This document shows positions 58,925 through 64,000 of a stretch of DNA of 64,000 bases, in pieces. The DNA lies in the sequence record SRR20825019_616. The stretch is one strand, 5' to 3'. The notes beneath the pieces are model-generated. The model was not told the DNA's origin. It worked only from the letters and a program-made list of their open reading frames with translations, and searched no databases. The translations under genes and the position numbers were made by a program. How positions within the stretch are numbered: the stretch's first letter is position 1; each line of letters starts with the position of its first letter.

Positions 58925-59338
58925 AACATGTTCTCCAGTTTTGATAAGCGAAGGCTGATCTCCGTTTCGCCGATCGGCGCGAGATCAGATGGAGTGGAGT
59001 ATGAGCTTGAAGAGAGGTCACGAATAATCAGGAGGCCGCATGAGTCACATCACCAAAACTGATAAATAGAGCTTTTCGGCGAATTACTTCGATGTCTCCT
59101 ATCTTGACTGATTTTATCGAAATACATATAAATAAATTAAATACAATATGTTAAAGGACTAACTTAAATCGTTTTATAGAACGCGCCCCGCCGACAACGA
59201 TGTAAACATCGCAGTACAAACACCTATTCATCAAAATACATGATGTTTTCAATATTGAGCCCTGATTAGTCGCGCAAGGCGTTCAGTTGAAAAATAGCAG
59301 CCAACTTGTTTCCGACCTATCGTCTTTCGGAGTTGGCA

Positions 59339-60364
59339 ATGTCTCATCGTCTGCTTGTACTTTTTCTCACTGTTCTGGTTTTGTCTCCGATGGCTCATGC
59401 TGAGAACTCTGATTCTGTCATTGCGCTTTCTACGGACAATGATCTTTTTGCACCCACCCAAACCGATCGGGATTACACCGCAGGTGTGGCCATAACCTAT
59501 TCCTCAAACTCGGAGGACTTCCTGGGAAATCCGGTTTCCGGAATCAGCCAAAACCTGGACAGGTTCGTGTTGTCGGGTATTGGCGCAGATATTAACGAGC
59601 CCGAAAGTGCAGCCCTGGAATTTGGCATCTACGGATTCACCCCTGAGGAAATCAAGGCGAGGGATATCGATCGGGATGATCGTCCCTACAGCAGCCTCGT
59701 TTATTTATCGTCAAGCCATAGTTACAGGACCCTGAGTGACGATTCCGGGTGGACCACCTCGATGACCGTCGGAGTGCTGGGCCTGGATGTTTTTAAATCG
59801 GGTCAGAATGCGGTTCACAAGGTGGTAGGAAGTGACCGTGCCAACGGCTGGGACCATCAGGTCTCCAATGGCGGGGAACCAACATTCCGATACTCCGCTG
59901 CCTATCATCAGTATCTGGATAAAAACCGGCCGGACCAGCAATTCAAAGTCACGTATTTCGGGTCGGTGGGTTATTTGACTGAGTTTGGTGCCGCGCTTGT
60001 TTTTCGGGATGGGCTCATTTCCTCCCCGGACAATCGTTTCAACCCTGAGCTTATGGCCTACGGCGAACGAGCGCCGGGAGTCGCGGCCCCTGGCGGCCGG
60101 GAGCACTATTTCTGGGGCGGCGTGTCTGTTAAAGCTCGGGCCTACAATGCGTTCCTTCAAGGCCAATTCAGGCACTCCGACCACGAACTGGGTGCCAACG
60201 ACCTTAACGTGCTCCTGGCGGAAATCTGGGCGGGCTATACCCACAGTTTCGTCGCTGGCACCGAGTTGAGTTACGTGCTCCGGGTCCAGAGCTCCGAAAT
60301 TAAGAGCGGGACCGGAAACCGCACGCTTGCGTGGGGTGGGCTGGTTTTCAGTAAGCGCCTTTAA
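59339..60364 (+). CDS. Lipid A deacylase LpxR / DUF2219 family outer-membrane protein
   Basis: Signal peptide, DNDLF...DRDYT.G, FTP..I......DRPY, GWDHQ and YNA.LQG. Confidence 0.78.
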   Translation: MSHRLLVLFLTVLVLSPMAHAENSDSVIALSTDNDLFAPTQTDRDYTAGVAITYSSNSEDFLGNPVSGISQNLDRFVLSGIGADINEPESAALEFGIYGFTPEEIKARDIDRDDRPYSSLVYLSSSHSYRTLSDDSGWTTSMTVGVLGLDVFKSGQNAVHKVVGSDRANGWDHQVSNGGEPTFRYSAAYHQYLDKNRPDQQFKVTYFGSVGYLTEFGAALVFRDGLISSPDNRFNPELMAYGERAPGVAAPGGREHYFWGGVSVKARAYNAFLQGQFRHSDHELGANDLNVLLAEIWAGYTHSFVAGTELSYVLRVQSSEIKSGTGNRTLAWGGLVFSKRL

Positions 60365-60482
60365 CGGGCTCTATGCAAACCCATCATTGTGAGAAATGGG
60401 ATCTATATGGCACTGAAATTAGTGCTATCAGCTTGGAGGACCCAGTATTGAAAGTGAGCAATTCCATTCAGGAGCAGATATT

Positions 60483-60806
60483 ATGACGACCATTATTCAT
60501 GTAACCGATGCGAATTTTGAAGAAGCGGTTGTTCAGAGCGACCGGACAGTTCTGGTTGACTTCTGGGCACCCTGGTGTGGCCCTTGCAAGACGGTAGCCC
60601 CGCTGCTTGAGGACATCGCCGATGAGTTCAGTGAGCAACTGACCGTTGCCAAGGTCAACGTGGATGATAGCCCGGAGATTACTGCAAAAATGCGTATCCG
60701 TGGCATTCCAACATTGGCCCTGTTTCAGGATGGCGATGTGATTGCCCAACATGCCGGGGCAGGGAGCCTCAGCCAGTTGAGAACGTTCGTTAAAGGGCAC
60801 TTATAG
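60483..60806 (+). CDS. trxA: Thioredoxin
   Basis: DFWAPWCGPCK and IRGIPTL. AGGAG RBS. Confidence 0.92.
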   Translation: MTTIIHVTDANFEEAVVQSDRTVLVDFWAPWCGPCKTVAPLLEDIADEFSEQLTVAKVNVDDSPEITAKMRIRGIPTLALFQDGDVIAQHAGAGSLSQLRTFVKGHL

Positions 60807-60824
60807 TTACGCCGAGAACTTACT

Positions 60825-61772
60825 ATGAAAACTCAAGAGCTCCAGTTGCTGTACATCTTCGATGCCATTATGACGGAGCGTTCAGTGACTCGTGCGGCGG
60901 ATCGCCTGGCCATGACACAGCCTGCGGTATCAAATGCGATTTCCAGGATGCGCCAGATCTGGAATGATCCGCTCTTTGTGCGAAAGGGCCGCAACATCGA
61001 ACCCACCTCCTATGCGCTCAGTCTATGGGATCAGGTGGGTGACCCTATGTTCGCGCTGACAAACGCCGTCAGCGCTACGCAGTTTGACCCGGCCTCCGCC
61101 CGGCGGACGTTTCGCATTGCAGTAACCGACGTCATCGTCGAGATGATCTGGCGTCAGCTTATTGACTTGCTTGAGCGTGAGGCGCCGGGCGTGGACGTAC
61201 ACGCCGTTCCCTATACACCTGAAGGGAGCTACGACGACCTGAGATCAGCTCACGTTGACCTCGCGATTGGCGTGCTTAACCAGCACGATTACAGTTTGCG
61301 GAGTACCTGGCTTCTTGATAGCGGATTTGTTCTCGCAATGCGGGCAGACCACCCGCTGGCAGGCCGGCAAATCACCATGGAAGAGTTTCTGGAAGCCCGG
61401 CATCTGTTGGTTACCATGTCGGGCGACGCCCACGGTTCTGTTGACAGTTATCTTGATCAAAAAGGGCAGAGCAGGCGTATCGCCGCAACAATGAACCATT
61501 TTGCGTCCGTTCCTCAAGTGTTAAGGGAGTCCAATCTCATCGCGGCCGTTCCTGAGTTGATCAGCCAGGACTGCGGGTTCGTCGATGGGTTATGGATGGG
61601 GGAGCTACCCTTCGATGTAGATCCAACCAGCCTCTACCTCATCTGGCACGCACGCCATGATAGAGAACCAGGGATTATCTGGATCAGGAATCATATCGAA
61701 AGACTGCTCCAGGCTCGCTGGCACGACATCATGACCAATTCGCCCTGTGGCCGGCACCTGAAGGCTGTCTAA
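60825..61772 (+). CDS. LysR family regulator (NodD/LeuO/MexT-like)
   Basis: ERSVTRAA.RL.MTQPAVSNA..R.R....DPLFVR and WH.R...PG..W. Confidence 0.92.
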   Translation: MKTQELQLLYIFDAIMTERSVTRAADRLAMTQPAVSNAISRMRQIWNDPLFVRKGRNIEPTSYALSLWDQVGDPMFALTNAVSATQFDPASARRTFRIAVTDVIVEMIWRQLIDLLEREAPGVDVHAVPYTPEGSYDDLRSAHVDLAIGVLNQHDYSLRSTWLLDSGFVLAMRADHPLAGRQITMEEFLEARHLLVTMSGDAHGSVDSYLDQKGQSRRIAATMNHFASVPQVLRESNLIAAVPELISQDCGFVDGLWMGELPFDVDPTSLYLIWHARHDREPGIIWIRNHIERLLQARWHDIMTNSPCGRHLKAV

Positions 61773-62698
61773 TCATGGCTAGGCAGTATGCCGTGTGTAG
61801 TCATGGCGTTTATAAGGCTTTGACACTGCTGTTTGAGGTGGTCCCTCAGCAGGCGCATGGCAGGTGTGATGGATTGTCGCGTCGGGCAGATCAGCCACAG
61901 CTCTGACACCGGTGGCGTATAGTCGGGCATGACGTTCATCACCCGGCCGGACAGCAGATCATCGGATATATCGAGGCAGGATTTGACCGCCATACCATGC
62001 CCGGCGATGCACCAGCGCCGAACGAGATCGCCGTCGTTGGACGCCCGATTGCCTCTCATTTTCACCCGGTATTCCTCACCATCCCGTTTGAAGGTCCACA
62101 AGTCGTAGGGAATGTCCTGCAACTGATAGAAAAGCCCGTTGTGACCCGTGAGGTCATGTGGATGGATGGGGGTACCCTGTTGGTTCAGGTAATCGGGTGT
62201 TGCGCAGAGCAGTCGGGGGACATCACAGATTTTGAACCCGTACAGGTTGGCGTCACTGGGTGAGCCATACCGTAGGGCCATATCAACCGAATCCCGAAAA
62301 AAGTCCACATTGCTGTCGGTGATCTGTACCCGCAAACTCAGCCCGGGGTGAGATGTCATCAATTGGTCGATCCAGGGCACGACGCGATTTCTACCCAGAT
62401 CGGATGACACCGATAGCCGAATTTCTCCCGCCACTGTCTCTGTGCCAAAGCGAATATTCTGTCGGGCCTCATCCATCAGTGTCAGCGCCTGCCGGCATTG
62501 GGGCAGGTATTTCTCCCCGGCGGCCGAGAGCCGCAACTGACGGGTAGAGCGGACAAACAGCTCTACCCCTAACTCATGCTCCACACGTTTTACGGCGGCG
62601 CTCGCCGTCGCAGCGCGCATATCCAGGCTGGTGGCAGCCGCGGTGATGTTGCGGAATTCGGCCACTTTAAGCACAACGGTCAGATCGTCAAAGTTCAT
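61769..62698 (-). CDS. LysR family regulator, divergent from the oxidoreductase
   Basis: ASAAVKR.E..LG..LFVRSTRQLRL and DMALRYG. Confidence 0.92.
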   Translation of the reverse strand: MNFDDLTVVLKVAEFRNITAAATSLDMRAATASAAVKRVEHELGVELFVRSTRQLRLSAAGEKYLPQCRQALTLMDEARQNIRFGTETVAGEIRLSVSSDLGRNRVVPWIDQLMTSHPGLSLRVQITDSNVDFFRDSVDMALRYGSPSDANLYGFKICDVPRLLCATPDYLNQQGTPIHPHDLTGHNGLFYQLQDIPYDLWTFKRDGEEYRVKMRGNRASNDGDLVRRWCIAGHGMAVKSCLDISDDLLSGRVMNVMPDYTPPVSELWLICPTRQSITPAMRLLRDHLKQQCQSLINAMTTHGILPSHD

Positions 62699-62799
62699 TT
62701 TCAAATATTATTTGATTATGTTTATGGGATTAGGCTGTTTTTCTTAGTGTAAAGAGGGATCACACTGTTGGCCACTACCAACTCACACTGGAGAGAAAC

Positions 62800-63840
62800 A
62801 TGAAAGCGGTTGGATACACTGAATCTTTACCCATTGATGACCCTAAATCCCTTCAAGACGTGGAACTACCTCAGCCGGCGGCCGAGGGAAGGGACCTCTT
62901 GGTTCGCGTCAGAGCCATCGGCGTCAATCCTGTTGATTTCAAAGTACGTCAACGGGCTGCAGCGGAGCCTGGTGAGACCAAGGTACTGGGCTGGGATGCC
63001 GTAGGGGAAGTCGTTGCAACGGGAGAGGCCGCATCATTGTTCGAGCCAGGCGACCAGGTTTACTACGCTGGCGATGTTACACGGCAGGGTAGCAATGCCG
63101 AGTATCAGATCGTGGACGAGCGCATTGTGGGCCGCAAACCCGCCAGCCTGAACGACGCAGAGGCGGCAGCACTGCCTCTGACCACTATAACCGCCTGGGA
63201 AATGCTCTTCGACCACCTGGGTCTTGAACAGCAGCCCCCAGAGGAAATAAGCCCAACCGACGACGTGATACTGGTGGTTGGCGCGGCCGGCGGTGTCGGC
63301 TCGATCCTGATTCAGTTGGCAAAAAAGCTGACCGGTGCCACCGTGGTGGCCACCGCATCCCGGCCCGAATCCCGGCAATGGGTTGAATCGCTAGGTGCGG
63401 ATTTCGTCGTGAATCACCGCGAGCCACTGCTGCCGCAAATCGAACAACTGGTGTCCGATGGCAAAATTGCCCCGATCACTCACGTGGCCAGCCTGAACGC
63501 CACCGACCAGTACTTCGATGATTATGTGGCAGCGCTGAGGCCGTTCGGCAGGATTGCCATGATTGACGACCCCGCGTCTCTGGACGTGATGAAAATCAAA
63601 CCGAAAAGCCTGTCCCTGCACATCGAATTCATGTTTGCCCGGTCCATGCACAACGCCGATGACATGCAGGTGCAGCACGAACTTCTTGAGACGGTAGCGA
63701 GTCTTGTGGATCAGGGCCACATTCGTACCACCGCAGGCAAAAATCTCGGGGTAATCAACGCTGACAACCTGCGTGCGGCGCATTCGGAGTTGGAGTCCGG
63801 TACGGCCGTGGGCAAAATAGTGCTGGAAGGGTTCGAGTAA
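62800..63840 (+). CDS. Zinc-binding alcohol dehydrogenase family protein (quinone oxidoreductase-like)
   Basis: VNPVD.K, LGWDA.G, AAALPLT.ITAWE, GAAGGVGS and GKIVLEGF. Confidence 0.92.
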   Translation: MKAVGYTESLPIDDPKSLQDVELPQPAAEGRDLLVRVRAIGVNPVDFKVRQRAAAEPGETKVLGWDAVGEVVATGEAASLFEPGDQVYYAGDVTRQGSNAEYQIVDERIVGRKPASLNDAEAAALPLTTITAWEMLFDHLGLEQQPPEEISPTDDVILVVGAAGGVGSILIQLAKKLTGATVVATASRPESRQWVESLGADFVVNHREPLLPQIEQLVSDGKIAPITHVASLNATDQYFDDYVAALRPFGRIAMIDDPASLDVMKIKPKSLSLHIEFMFARSMHNADDMQVQHELLETVASLVDQGHIRTTAGKNLGVINADNLRAAHSELESGTAVGKIVLEGFE

Positions 63841-63852
63841 CCGGTATTCTGG

Positions 63853-63918
63853 TTATAACGGCCTGCTTTATCGCCGCCGGCCACGATTTGGACACGGGCC
63901 TCGAGCAGCATGTTACGT
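63853..63918. other. Degenerate attC-like imperfect inverted repeat
   Basis: TTATAAC-N5-GCT...AGC-N5-GTTACGT, 66 bp. Confidence 0.25.
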
Positions 63919-63925
63919 TTTGGCC

Positions 63926-64000
63926 TTAAGCCTGTTTTAGATTAGTGACGACACGACGTAACACTTGAGCCTGAAGAGTTACTGGTAGTAAATGGGAAAA
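63926..64000 (-). CDS. Possible 3' end of a gene entering from beyond the window
   Basis: Open frame ...FSHLLPVTLQAQVLRRVVTNLKQA* only. Too short to assign. Confidence 0.3.
   Translation of the reverse strand, partial: FSHLLPVTLQAQVLRRVVTNLKQA

Noticed and set aside
1-64000. CRISPR arrays, tRNA/rRNA genes, riboswitches, IS elements, prophage or recognisable defence genes
   Set aside because: None recognised by eye. Covariance-model searches would be needed to exclude small RNAs.

Overview
GC-rich gammaproteobacterial chromosomal window. Gene content and style suggest a marine Marinobacter-like organism, which is an inference. Positions 1-19 kb look like conserved backbone: the distal type II secretion operon (gspF-M), a GNAT, glutathione reductase, a TonB-dependent receptor / periplasmic binding protein / hybrid histidine kinase operon, an atypical J-domain protein, a GntR-symporter pair, a Baeyer-Villiger monooxygenase and fabH. 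Positions ~19-64 kb are a patchwork of small accessory modules. These include six LysR-type genes (one decapitated), redox and detox enzymes (nitroreductase, two GSTs, SDRs, pirin, YcaC, FMN reductase, thioredoxin, quinone reductase), MFS/DMT transporters, an MCP with a binding protein, Mqo and an orphan ATP-grasp ligase. The same stretch holds a complete mannitol ABC/catabolic operon with its own pgi, and an iorAB-xdhC molybdoenzyme. Direct reading also found features missing from the ORF track: a DUF1127-type small gene, an internally deleted HCCA-isomerase pseudogene, a sigma54-type promoter with three phased enhancer boxes and an IHF-like site, a sigma28 promoter, a duplicated LysR operator/promoter module and a degenerate attC-like element. 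No tRNA, rRNA, CRISPR, integrase or transposase was recognised. Product calls come from motif recognition, not database searches.
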